DNA of 64,000 bases from Ophelia neglecta. Taxonomy: Eukaryota. A model generated the notes under the pieces. The model ran no database searches. It saw only the letters and a list, made by a program, of their open reading frames with translations, and was not told the origin of the DNA. Location of the stretch: positions 22,754,001-22,818,000 of the forward strand of contig OZ260666.1 of the NCBI GenBank assembly GCA_965285935.1. The letters are read 5' to 3'. Below, one piece after another: positions 52,346 to 63,743 of this stretch; position 1 is the stretch's first letter, and every line of letters starts with the position of its first letter. The position numbers and the translations under genes are program-made.

Positions 52346-54433
52346 TCATTTATTATCAATACATGCTCCGACCGACCGACTCATTTTGTATGGTAGTTTG
52401 CAATTACACACTTCCCATTCATTGGCCTCGATGTTAAACCTTTGAATACAGTCTAGCTTAGTTTTGTCGTTTTGACTATAACCCCCGATGATATAAAACC
52501 AGTTATTAATCCTGACAGAGCAACCTAAACCGCAAGCAAACTTAGGAGGCGAGAGTTCCGTCCACTGATCTTGTATTATATCATAGCACTCTGCTGACGT
52601 CACGTCATTCCATTTACCGTCCAACTTCACACCTCCACCAGCAACTACCAGCATACCAACCACACTAGTCATGGCATGGCACTGACGTACTTGTAACATT
52701 GGAGACTTTTCAACCCAAACGTTGTCACAGAAGCTATACAGTGTCTTAGACTGACTACCTCCACTGATATACAGAACTCCGTCTTCATAAGACGCAGCAT
52801 GCTGACCTCGTGCTCTGGGCATTGGCACCAAAAGTGCCCATTTCTTTTTTCGCGCGTCATATTTCTCCACACAGACTAATGGGGTTTCGCCGTCCCATCC
52901 ACCAACAGCGAAAAGGGAATCACCACATGTTGTCAGAGTGTGCCTGCATCGTTCCTGTCCCATCTCTTCTAGTTCCAGCCATACGTTTGAACGAGAGTCA
53001 AGCCGGAACATCGTATTTACACAGCCAGATTCGTTTTCACCACCAGAAACAAATATAAATCCATCCATAGTAGCACAAGCACTGTTAAATAAGGCGAACG
53101 GGGTTTCACAAGCATCAGTAAAAGGTGACAGGGATACGTTGCCTTTTAAATGGGTAACTTTTGACGCCAAAACTTTTTTTATATAATTATTAGATGAATC
53201 TTTTCCCCCCATGATGTAAATGGTCGAATGCTTCAAGCGTAGTTTGTTAATGTTTCCCTCGGCTAGTCGTGGGTCATTTGGCCTTAAATGGGACCTCATG
53301 GCTGATACAAAGATAGGCTCACAGCCAGGTAAATCGTACTCGACAAATACTTCATCCATTTCATCCTTTGTCATCAGACCAAATCTTATCAGACCGACTA
53401 CTCTACGGTTTGTTTCATCACTTGTATTATTGTGTTTGATCCATTTCACTACCGTTTTGAAAATATCAATTTCTGATATTTTTCCTAAATAGTCACTGTC
53501 CAGCATCAGGCAGAGTTCATCCTCAGAAATGTCCAGAGACAGATCCTTGAAGGCATGTAGACATAACTGGTTGAGATAGATCACAGACTCAGACACAGCA
53601 TACTGCTTGGCCCACTTCAATGCGTGTGAAGTAACGTCAGGTGTAGGGGACGTTTCTATCAAAACATCTACACAGGCTCCAATAAGACCAGCAAAGTTTA
53701 TTTCCAGTGACATTTCAATCAAAGCTATGATGGATGTTCCATTGTCTTCAGTTATTATGGTCAGATTATCATCTGGCTGCACAATATCTCGCATGCGACA
53801 GAGAGTATCTTTGTAATTTGAAAGTTCACCTGCTTCCGCTAGTAGTACCTCCAGAAAGACATTCATTGCGTAACACCTGTTATTTGCAGACAATGTCCCA
53901 TGTTCTAGAATCTCCCCGATAAAGGCAGCATCCAATCCTTTAAAGACTGCTTCCTTGGGAACTTCAGTAATATTATCTAAAATCAGATTGGGAACAAATT
54001 CCTTTGGTTGGACTGACCGAGGATGTTTAAAAGCTGCTCGCAGGAAGTGACACCAAATATTTGCATTGGCATCTGTATTCAAGGCAAAGTTTAAACACTC
54101 CTGCACTATGTCCAGGAACTCCAGACCCAGAGCGGCATCAATGACGTGTTCAAAGTTATCTTCAGAGATCGTAATCTCACCAGAGTAACAATAATCTACA
54201 ATGAGCTGTAAACCTTTACCCGACATGGTTTTGACGGCCAGGTCTTTCTTGTCCTGTTTCCAGAGACCAGTAATACGGTTGAACAGAGTCTGGTTACAGG
54301 CAGCCATGTATGGTAGATGGACCCTGACCTCTCCATCCTTGGCACAGATAACTCCGTCCAGACCGATCTCCATCTCCCTCAGACGAGACATTCTCTCATG
54401 GAACCCCAGGTAGTCTGTCGTTGTTACCTTCAT
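52346..54433 (-). CDS. BTB-BACK-Kelch copy 3, 695 aa, single coding exon
   Basis: Same architecture as copy 2 with an intact ORF; acceptor at 54447-54448. Confidence 0.93.
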   Translation of the reverse strand: MKVTTTDYLGFHERMSRLREMEIGLDGVICAKDGEVRVHLPYMAACNQTLFNRITGLWKQDKKDLAVKTMSGKGLQLIVDYCYSGEITISEDNFEHVIDAALGLEFLDIVQECLNFALNTDANANIWCHFLRAAFKHPRSVQPKEFVPNLILDNITEVPKEAVFKGLDAAFIGEILEHGTLSANNRCYAMNVFLEVLLAEAGELSNYKDTLCRMRDIVQPDDNLTIITEDNGTSIIALIEMSLEINFAGLIGACVDVLIETSPTPDVTSHALKWAKQYAVSESVIYLNQLCLHAFKDLSLDISEDELCLMLDSDYLGKISEIDIFKTVVKWIKHNNTSDETNRRVVGLIRFGLMTKDEMDEVFVEYDLPGCEPIFVSAMRSHLRPNDPRLAEGNINKLRLKHSTIYIMGGKDSSNNYIKKVLASKVTHLKGNVSLSPFTDACETPFALFNSACATMDGFIFVSGGENESGCVNTMFRLDSRSNVWLELEEMGQERCRHTLTTCGDSLFAVGGWDGETPLVCVEKYDARKKKWALLVPMPRARGQHAASYEDGVLYISGGSQSKTLYSFCDNVWVEKSPMLQVRQCHAMTSVVGMLVVAGGGVKLDGKWNDVTSAECYDIIQDQWTELSPPKFACGLGCSVRINNWFYIIGGYSQNDKTKLDCIQRFNIEANEWEVCNCKLPYKMSRSVGACIDNK

Positions 54434-55059
54434 TGTTATGATTTCCCTGCAAATATTTATTTGATCTATTGTAAGTAAGTTCTTTTTTTCACATAACTAT
54501 GATCCTCTCCCAATAGGAACCAACCAATATGTGATTCTCTCATCGGGTGTACTTTTACCATGTGAAAAATCACAGTTCGAAGACAACTCCCCACGTATAG
54601 GCCACGAGAGCTACATATTGTAGAGCTAAATTGGAGACAAATACAACCTTTAGTAAAAACCGAGCTATAATACGCGCCGGGTCAATAATAATTGACTGGA
54701 TTGTGAGATTAACAAAATCGGTCTAAAATAAACGCCGTGACTATAATGAATTACGGCCTCAAATAAACGCCGGGTCTATTAGCTCCCCGTTATTTCTAAA
54801 CGCTCGCCGATTATTTTAGTGTATACTGCTGAAGCCCCCCCCCCCCTTGCCAAAGCTCCACTGTTCAAGAGTCCTCTAGAATGACGAACCCACACATTAC
54901 TGAAGACCCCCCCCCCCTCTGACTGAGAGCCTCCAAACAGAGAGCACCATGACCCAAGAAACCCTGGGCATTGATGCAGAGGCTGTTGCACCTCTCTCAC
55001 CGCAACGAGAAAACGCAAAATGCCCCCCCCCCCCACGCCCCCCGCGACCTGGACTCTGA

Positions 55060-55950
55060 AAGAACGATCACCGGATTGAGGATCCCTGTAATAAATCGGT
55101 GGGATAGTGGACCACCTGACTAAAGGCTCCCCAGACTGTGAGTCCTCGGACTGAGAACACATCAGACTGAATCTCAGTCCGAGAGCTTTGTCTAGGAATC
55201 CGACAGAACGGGAAGTTCTCGTTCCATGGGTCTTTTTAGTAGTCCGCGGATTCTCAGTCCGTGGGTTCTGGCTCAGGGAGCCCCTGAGTCCATGCTTCTC
55301 GCTAGGGAGTCCCTTAATTCGGTGGGTTCCCACTCCTGGGTTTGGAGGGCTATCATTCCGGGTTCCCTCTCGGGTTGGGAGCCCCCAGTCAGGGGTCTTT
55401 CAGTCCGTGGTCCCTCATTCCGAAGATCCCTCCGGGAGTCTATTCCCGAACCTCAGACTGAGGGATCCTCAGGACGAGGAACCCCTGGACGGAGAAACCC
55501 GGACTGTCGGACACGCAGACTGAAAAGTACAACGCTGAGTGAACCCCGGACTGAGTGACCCCCAGACCGAAAACCTCCGAACTGAGAGTCCCAAGACTGA
55601 GAACCCTCGGATTGAGAGACCCCCGGACTGAGGGACCCCCGGACTGAGAGACCCCCGGACTGAGAGACCCCCGGACTGAGAGACCCCCGGACTGAGAGAC
55701 CACTGGACTGAGAGACCACTGGACTGAGAGACCCTCGGACTGAGAGGACCCCGGACTGAGAGACCACTGGACTGAGAGACCACTGGACTGATGGACCCCG
55801 GACTGAGAGACCATCCTACTGAAGGACCCAGGACTGGGAGACGCCCGGATGGAGGGACCACCGGACTGAGAGACCATCGGACTGAGAAACCCTTAGACTG
55901 AGAGACCCCTGGACTGAGAGACCATCGGACTGAGGGACCATCGGACTCTC
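55060..55950. repeat. GGACTGAG minisatellite of copy 3, including an inverted block at ~55250-55440
   Basis: ggactgag units on +, with ctcagtcc-type units in the inverted block. Confidence 0.85.
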
Positions 55951-56049
55951 CCAAGGTAAAATTATAATGATACGATTAGAAAAGCAGTGCTGCCGCCCGG
56001 TGTATAACGGGAGATTTGAATAGAAATACAAGTTTATAAGGTTTATTAT

Positions 56050-57144
56050 TGTAACAGTGTCATATCTACGTGCTTTCCCTACATTATATATGCCCTGTAT
56101 GCTAATGTTGGTTGACATTAGGTAATTTATGCTTGCTAGTGGCTCTGTTACGGTCTGGAAGTCAGCTGGGTTCACTGATGCATGTAACTGGGGCCAACCT
56201 TTGTAACCTCTCCATTTTTATGTCAGAGTTTGAATTCTGACCCTGGATTTACCTAATTATGTTTGCGTAATAGCCAATTATATTACTGGCTCCAACCCTT
56301 TGTCTCGACAAACTTTCCAGTGATTCAGCACAGTTGGCCTAGGGAGTTCACTTGAAGAGGACATGTTCAGATGTCTGGAATATTTTGTGTTTAGGACAAT
56401 TCATGAAGAGGTTTGTCAATGTAATCTCGATCTCAAGCTGCCCAGGCTATGTATATTATGTACTTGTTCCTACTTTGTGACCAATATGCTGTACTGCCTA
56501 TTGTGTTTGTTGGTGAAATCTAGATCTCATGTAGCCCTAGCCTAGCTGTAAATAACTATACTTTACTAGGTGGCCAATATACTGTGTTGCATATAGATAA
56601 ATATTTAGATAAATAATGTCCTGATTGTCAGATTGTCACTTATACTGGTTACAAACTTATTTTAGATTGGTCTCCTTTTGCATTCTAGGTATATGTCCTG
56701 TTGATGTGACTATAGTTTGTAGTCATCCTGATCTATACCTGTAAGTCTGGGCCAGTTGTCATTTGGCCAGTCAGCACCGTTAACCAAGGTATACACTCGT
56801 GTTTATGAAACGTGATGATTATGTTAAGGATTCGCACTAGTAAATTAGTGTGTTAGAGAATTGAATGCCGGCATTATGCATGAAAGTTAAATACCATAAA
56901 ATATGTAATATTTGTCCTGTATTAAACAAACCGTAAATGTGTATATATGTTTTGTTATCACAGGAAAAAGGTACATTTCTAAAGTTGCATCTGAATGGTT
57001 GCATGTAGCTTATGATTGTGTTTTAATTATTACAGGTGCTTAAATATAGACGGGTTGTTCATTGATGGATTGTGAATAAACTTTATGTACCTAAGTGGAC
57101 GTGCCACTTCGACTCACTCCCCCCCCCCCCCCTCCTTGGTTACA
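56050..57144 (+). mobile_element. Solo LTR (1095 bp), Gypsy-like by 4-bp TSD
   Basis: ttat|TGTAAC ... GTTACA|ttat; AATAAA at ~57075; empty site in the paralogous intron at ~47430-47445 (ataagctccattatgatccg). Confidence 0.85.
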
Positions 57145-57607
57145 TTATGATCCGTCTGGATTTGTCTATTGGAGAGAGGCGAGCTTATTTTACTGGTATT
57201 CCTATATATAAGTCCGAATGGTCATCCACACATATCTCCGATAAGCTGTCATATGTACCGGATTACCATTACCATAAGAACCAGTATAATAGCCATCTTG
57301 TTCCATATACCCTCTGTGTGGCCTGATAAATAATCTTTGGATTAAAGAACCCCGACGCCCAGCCCCTTCCGGTGGAATGGTAATCCCAGGACGCTAGAGA
57401 CAATCCTTTTTTGAAAATGTAGTTTTAACCTTAAATGTAAAGATTTTTTTATTTTGGTTGACATTGGTGGTGTGGGTTGAAAGTTCAAGGATCTTCCATT
57501 CACCGTGAGTCATGTTCCCCTCCCCTCCCCCACCCCTCACTTCCATCGTCCTGTTTTAAGAGCTCCGGTTTTTTTCAAGCGTCACCCCCTCTTGGGTCTA
57601 AGGGCCC

Positions 57608-58298
57608 ATGGACTGACAGTTACCCTGACTGAGGACCCCGGACTGTGAAGCCCCCGGACGGAGAACCCCAGCCTGATTGATCCCGGACTCAGAACCCTCG
57701 GGGACTGAGAGACCCCCGGGTATGAGAGACCCCCGGAGTGGGAGCTACTGGACGGAGAACCCCAGACTGATTAATCCCGGACTCAGAACCCCCGGGGACT
57801 GAGACCCCCGGGTATGAGAGACCCCCGGAATGGGAGCCCATGGACGGAGAACCCCAGACTGATTAATCCCCGGACCGAGAACCCCGTACGGAAAACCCCG
57901 GACTGATTGATACCCGGACTCAGAACCCCCGGGGACTGAGACCCCCGGGGACTGAGAGACCCCCGGGTATGAGAGACCCCCCGAGTGGGAGCTACTGGAC
58001 GGAGAACCCCAGACTGATTAATCCCCGGACCGAGAACCCCGGACGGAAAACCCCGGACTGATTGATACCCGGACTCAGAACCCCCGGGGACTGAGACCCC
58101 CGGGGACCGAGAGACCCCCGGGTATGAGAGACCCCCCGAATGGGAGCCACTGGACGGAGAACCCCAGACTGATTAATCCCCGGACCGAGAACCCCGGACG
58201 GAAACCCCGGACTGATTGATACCCGGACTCAGAACCACCGGGGACTCAGAACCCGCGGGGACTGAGACCCCCGGGTATGAGAGACCCCCGGAGTGAGA
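57608..58298. repeat. Compound GGACTGA minisatellite with a 155-bp higher-order period
   Basis: tggacggagaaccccagactgattaatc at 57841, 57996 and 58151. Confidence 0.9.
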
Positions 58299-58774
58299 GC
58301 TACATGCATTCATCTATGACCTGTTGACGCTTTTATTATAGAAACTTGCCGTTGCCATTTACAAAATTTCGACTTATTTGCTAGGTTTAAAGAAAATGAC
58401 TTGCAAAGACCGACTATATGAAAATCTGTAATACTAACTGGAAACTTAAGAACTGATCATTTGCTGACCCATTAAAGCTTCTACCAACGTAACCGCCCAC
58501 CCAAATAACATAGTGCCTTGAGCATATTAGTCCATTTTATCGGTGATTTATAGGTTTGAAAGTCGTCATTTTCCAGTAACTTTTTCTTTATTGTCAATTC
58601 ATATCAATGTGTATAGCTTCTTGAAAAATTAATATGTCAGCTAGACTTAAAACAGGTGACTGATGACGTGTCCCGCTATAACATTGAGACATATAATATA
58701 GATCTTCTGGCTACAATGTGTAATGGTACATTTAACACTCAGTGTGGTAATACAGCTAGTAAAAGGGCACTTAC

Positions 58775-59000
58775 CAGATTAATCAACAATCCTCTTCAAC
58801 GAGGTAAGGAATGGCGAAATTATATCCGAGAAACAAGCTTTCCTCTCAAATGGGTTTGATGTGTTATCCTTGGTATGTCGTGATGTATAATCGGACAGTT
58901 GTGTAAGATACGATGTACTTTATAGCCGCGTGTCTATTTTTGCTGGGCGGTAACATGTGACACACTTCTGAAAAACGAGAAATAGGGAATTTCCATTACT
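58775..59000 (-). promoter_or_regulatory. Putative promoter and non-coding exon 1 of kelch copy 3
   Basis: GGGAATTTCC 58985-58994; minus TATAAA 58919-58924; minus donor G|GTAAGT at 58774. Confidence 0.6.
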
Positions 59001-60604
59001 CATCAAATTGCCAGGTTTAGCTGTGTAGAACCCGTTAAACGTATAAGCATGTAACCATGACAACTGGTGCTGTGCTATAGCCGTCTGTTAGCTGCCGATA
59101 AATATTTAGTGAGAGGGCTTGATGTACGCTGGCCTTCTTTATGGTGGAGTATCAAGTGATGAATAGCCACAGATTACTGGTGACAAAGTAAAACATTGCA
59201 AAAACTGCTTAATATCCCAGGTTATATTAAAACGAAAAATTATAATATGTTGATAAAATACTTGATAATGAGTAGCCTAGGTTAGTACTGCATGACCCAA
59301 ACTTGAATAGGTTATTACTGTGATGAACTCGTTCTATTTACAAGCATGCAAATGCTGCTGTTACTTGCTGAAAAATAGTTTCATAGCGGGATTTAATGTA
59401 CGCTGGCATTTATGGCCGAGTATTGATCGATCGATAGCCACAGATTACTGACAATATAGAAAAGTACTGCAAAATAGTCTTGTATTTGCAAGACAGGCGA
59501 AATTGAGGCCTTGGTGCTTCTCTGAATCTACTAGGTTAAGATTATCATGTAGTCAAAACGTCAACATCTTAGTATATGCGAAAGGACCAGACACCGGAAC
59601 TCCTCCCCCCCCCCCCCCCTTCTTCCTCGTACTGAGAACGCCCTGGTCTGAGTGACAATATTTCTACTTATTTTTAAAGATACAGAATAGTATTCTCTGT
59701 GTCAGACTAGTCATATACTATATATTACTCGGGACATGTCGGGTCCCCCACTGCGCTCAGGCTCGGCCACTGAATCAGTCACTTATTATATCAAACCAAC
59801 ACACAATTATTCGCTACTGGGTCAATCCTCTACTCTCTACTGGTGAGAAAAATACCAAAAAATGCAACGGTTGTGCACTGAGTGGCTGAAGAGACGTATG
59901 GTGGTATGTACCACAGTTAACATGTAGTTAATAAATTCTCTTTTCATACTTTACAAGTAAAAATATAATCCCAAACACTATTCACGGTAGAAATGTTGCC
60001 TTTTACAATTTTAACAAATATTACCCATCACTCATCACGAGGATACCCTTCTCATGCCTTACATGTTGTGTCCTAGTCTTAAGAACCGGTACGCCGTGAC
60101 AACAATATCGGCAGCCATACAGGACAATATTATATGATTTTCCATCATGAGAACTCACAAAAACTATATTTATTTCATTGGTGCCCAACACCGATGAGTT
60201 GTTATGTTATGTATATGTTCTAAACATAAATCAATATTAAACAGGTTAATAGTAATGAAAAAAAGCTTTGAATTTGACTTCAGAAAAAAACATTTCCTGA
60301 GTCAGTAGCACGCATAAATAGATAGTTTGTATAATACAAAATACCTGACCATAACCTTAGATAAATCACTGCTGTACTGGGCTTTGGCCAAATATAATTA
60401 ATTGTGTTCTTTAAATATACTTAGCTGAATGACTGCAGACTTCACCACATTATCATACTATCAAGTCATTACTGTGGGACTAAACAATGATTATGAAGCA
60501 GCGATAAGGGGATTTTCAAAAAAAAAATTATCTGCGCAAAATAAAATGGCATAGTCTGTAAGCCCTCTCTAATAGAAGAATTTCCTGATTTTTTTTTTTT
60601 TTTC

Positions 60605-61480
60605 AGATTGAAGGGATTCGTGCAGATTGTTTTCTGTCATGTGCTGAGTCTTGCGAGTAGCAACAATCTGCTCAAGGGTCTTTAACTAAAATGATAGGTT
60701 GCGTTCTGCCCTATAGTTTTTAAGGTTATTGTGGTCAAGGCTAGGCTTTTAGAAAGTGGAGCTACCACTGCCCTCTTCATGATGTCAGGAGCCTCGCCAG
60801 TTGCGAGAGATGTGTTAATGATGGTAGTGATACTTTAAAGTGTTTCATCAAGTAATTTCTTCAACAGCTAAGTGGGAAAAGCGTCAAGAGAACAAGAAGC
60901 TGCTGTGAACGAGAAATTAGTTTAGCGACTTCTTCCTCTGAAGCGCCGCTCAACAAATGAAGAGAGGCACGCTCTGGACATGGTGGCACCTAAAGGGGTG
61001 TCAAGGCATGTGACCAAACTGACAAGGCACCCCGAATCTTCTCAATTTCTTCAATGAAAAAAAGTAAAAACCAGTCAGCAGATTCTGGAGAGAAGCTGTG
61101 ATCGGGTAGTATCACTGTCTTACTCTTTGGGAGCAAACTGTCAAGAATGGACAGAACCGACTTGGCGTCAAAGCCTGCCTCCACGAACCTTGTGTTATTG
61201 TTCCATTTTTGGTAGTTTCCAATGTCCTTTTAGAGATTTTCTTGGCCAGCAAGGTAACCTCCTCATCTGATAAATGGACAGTTAATTCCATCTCCGTTCT
61301 TGTTTATGTTTATTCCTCTTAAGGTCATGCCGCTTACCTTTATACCAGAACTGCTGTGGGCGCACAGGGACAATCCGGGAATACTAAGGGGCGTGACGGT
61401 TCAGCGTTGACAATATGGTGGAGTATAGATGCTGAAGCAGATCAGATGTGGTGATAGGAATGCTGGTGTCTGGGACAACA
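60605..61480 (-). mobile_element. L2-type LINE ORF2 fragment (linker and start of RT)
   Basis: Minus-strand peptides DAKSVLSILDSLL...FFIEEIEKIR and IINTSLATGEAPDIMKRAVVAPL...LDHNNLKNYR...KTLEQIV, with stops and frameshifts. Confidence 0.8.
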
Positions 61481-61489
61481 GCCGCATTA

Positions 61490-62450
61490 TAATGTAAATT
61501 GGCACCTATTGCGAACCAATGTCTTACAATTTCTAGTTTGAAAACACAATTTAGTGAAAACTCTGTTAGACACTGGCTTGCCCAAAAATCGTCACTAAAG
61601 GAGCAGCCTAAGATCAGAACTTATTCGTTATTTAAATCCTCTTTTGAATTGGAGCTGTACACAAAATATGTTTCTGAATATAAATACAGGCACATAGTTA
61701 CAAGATTAAGGCTAATCAGTCATAACTTGGAGATAGAGGGTGGTTACCACACTAGGCCTAAGACTCCAGCACACCTTAGGTTGTGCAAACTTTGTAATGA
61801 TGATGTGGAGGACGAGAAGCATATCTGCTAACTTTTGGGGCTCTTCATGAAACTAGATCATTTTCATGTCGAAATTATTAAACCTCTCGTCGCCTTTTGT
61901 AAACTTCTCTGGTGACGAGAAATTTATTTACCTTATGCCATCAAAAGATCTCAACATTGTGCACGTTGTAGCAAGGATGGTGTTTTCGTCGTTTCGGGTG
62001 AGAGATGAATATCTCTTGCCCTTAGTAGCCAAGCTATCTTTGAATTGAACTGAATTTAATGATATTTAGTTCGTGTCATCGAGATACCTGAAAACTATGC
62101 ATGTTGTAGCAGTGACGGTTTCCTCGGTGTTTCGGGTGTGAGTTGAATATCTCTCGTCTGGGGCAGCGACAGCGCTATCCTTGAATTGAATTTAATGGTG
62201 TGTGTGTGTGTGTGTACATGTGTTGCATGATCTTGTGACGGATGAATGTTAGCGTGCTTCGTGCTTTTATTTGATACTTTTTTTGTATGTGTTCTATATT
62301 AATTGAATGGGCGTCCCTAAAAATAGGCCTATATGTAAGGGAAAAATACTGTAATCTGTGCTTGTGTGTGCATGAGTGTAAATGCGACTACTCTATTTTA
62401 AAATGTAGATTATAAGTCAGTGATGACTTCAATAAATTGTTTATCCTTAT
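61490..62450 (+). mobile_element. 3' end of a non-LTR retrotransposon (RTE-X-like C-terminus) plus 3' UTR
   Basis: KIRTYSLFK...RLRLISHNLEIEGG...RLCKLCNDDVEDEKH matches the C-terminal Cys/His motif of LINE ORF2; AATAAA at ~62431. Clade call is tentative. Confidence 0.75.
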
Positions 62451-63743
62451 TTATGTCCCTGCTAAATGAGGGAATTTCAATGTTTCTCCATTTCCTAGTA
62501 TTGATTTGGTTTTTTGCACCACGGGGATCTTTGAAACATCAACACTACACAAAATGACACATACATGAAGCTGACAATGCATATACAGTTGTACTGGTAT
62601 AGAACTGCGAACTGGTATTTGTAGGCCTGAGCCAGACGGTACCAGATGATTTCAGACATATCTAGGTATCTCCCCTGGTTTTTTAAAGCCAGTTTCCAGA
62701 TAAAGGATTTCGTTTTATATGCCGGGTATACGAACCTGCTTAACCGCTTATTAATGATTGGCGGGAATTTACGTACGACTCCTAACTATGAAAAAACCGT
62801 TCAAATCAAGAAATGTAACCGTTTTTATTGGCTATTATCGATGCACTTAGCACCAAAATTAATAATACATTAACACACAGATTAAATGGTCTACTGCATT
62901 CAATTTACCAAGTAACCTTAGTGGCAATACGTTTATGCCAAAGAAGTGAAAATGTCATCAAACATAATCAAAGAAAATGTTTAAATCTCCCAAAACGTGA
63001 ACAATCTAATTCGGACAAAGTAAATACTAGCGGTTTTAATTCAACAGATGCAAAAGGTCTACTCATGTTGCGACTCACAAAACATAGTCAAAGACGATTT
63101 TTGAAAAATTAAATATCATTAACACTGAATGAACAATGCTGAATAATGTTATCATTACTTTATATATGTATGTACTGATCCCCAATAGATAAAATCATAT
63201 GTATAGGTACATATTTTAGGTAATAGAAAACGTACTAATATCAAGCTTTAGTCATCCTATCTAAATAAAATTAAGTATATGCTCAAGTGCAAGATGGATG
63301 TATAAAAAAACACCGATAATGCATGAATGAAAACATGGATGAATGCACTTATAAACTAAATACTACAACAAAAACCGACGATGGATTTGTGGTAGGTTGG
63401 AGATTTAAGTCTGCTCATAACCATGGGTTTCATCACTTTCTTATCTTAGAATTAAACCTGAAACAAAACGTAACGTAACCCCAAGACATAATTCCCAACT
63501 CTTAGAACTTCTTAGAACTTCAGCCTGGATCTTAGAGAAAGACCACTGCACCCTTCTGTGTCATTTTCGGTATTGGTATAAAAAATCATAACAGTCTGTT
63601 TCTGATAAATATAATTCAGCCTTATCTATTTTTTTCCGGCAGCATCAAATTGTTTGACGGTCGCATCAATAAATTTGTTTTTAGCTTAAAAGTTACTTTC
63701 TGGAACACAGTGACTTGGATATTTCAATTATACAAATTGTACT

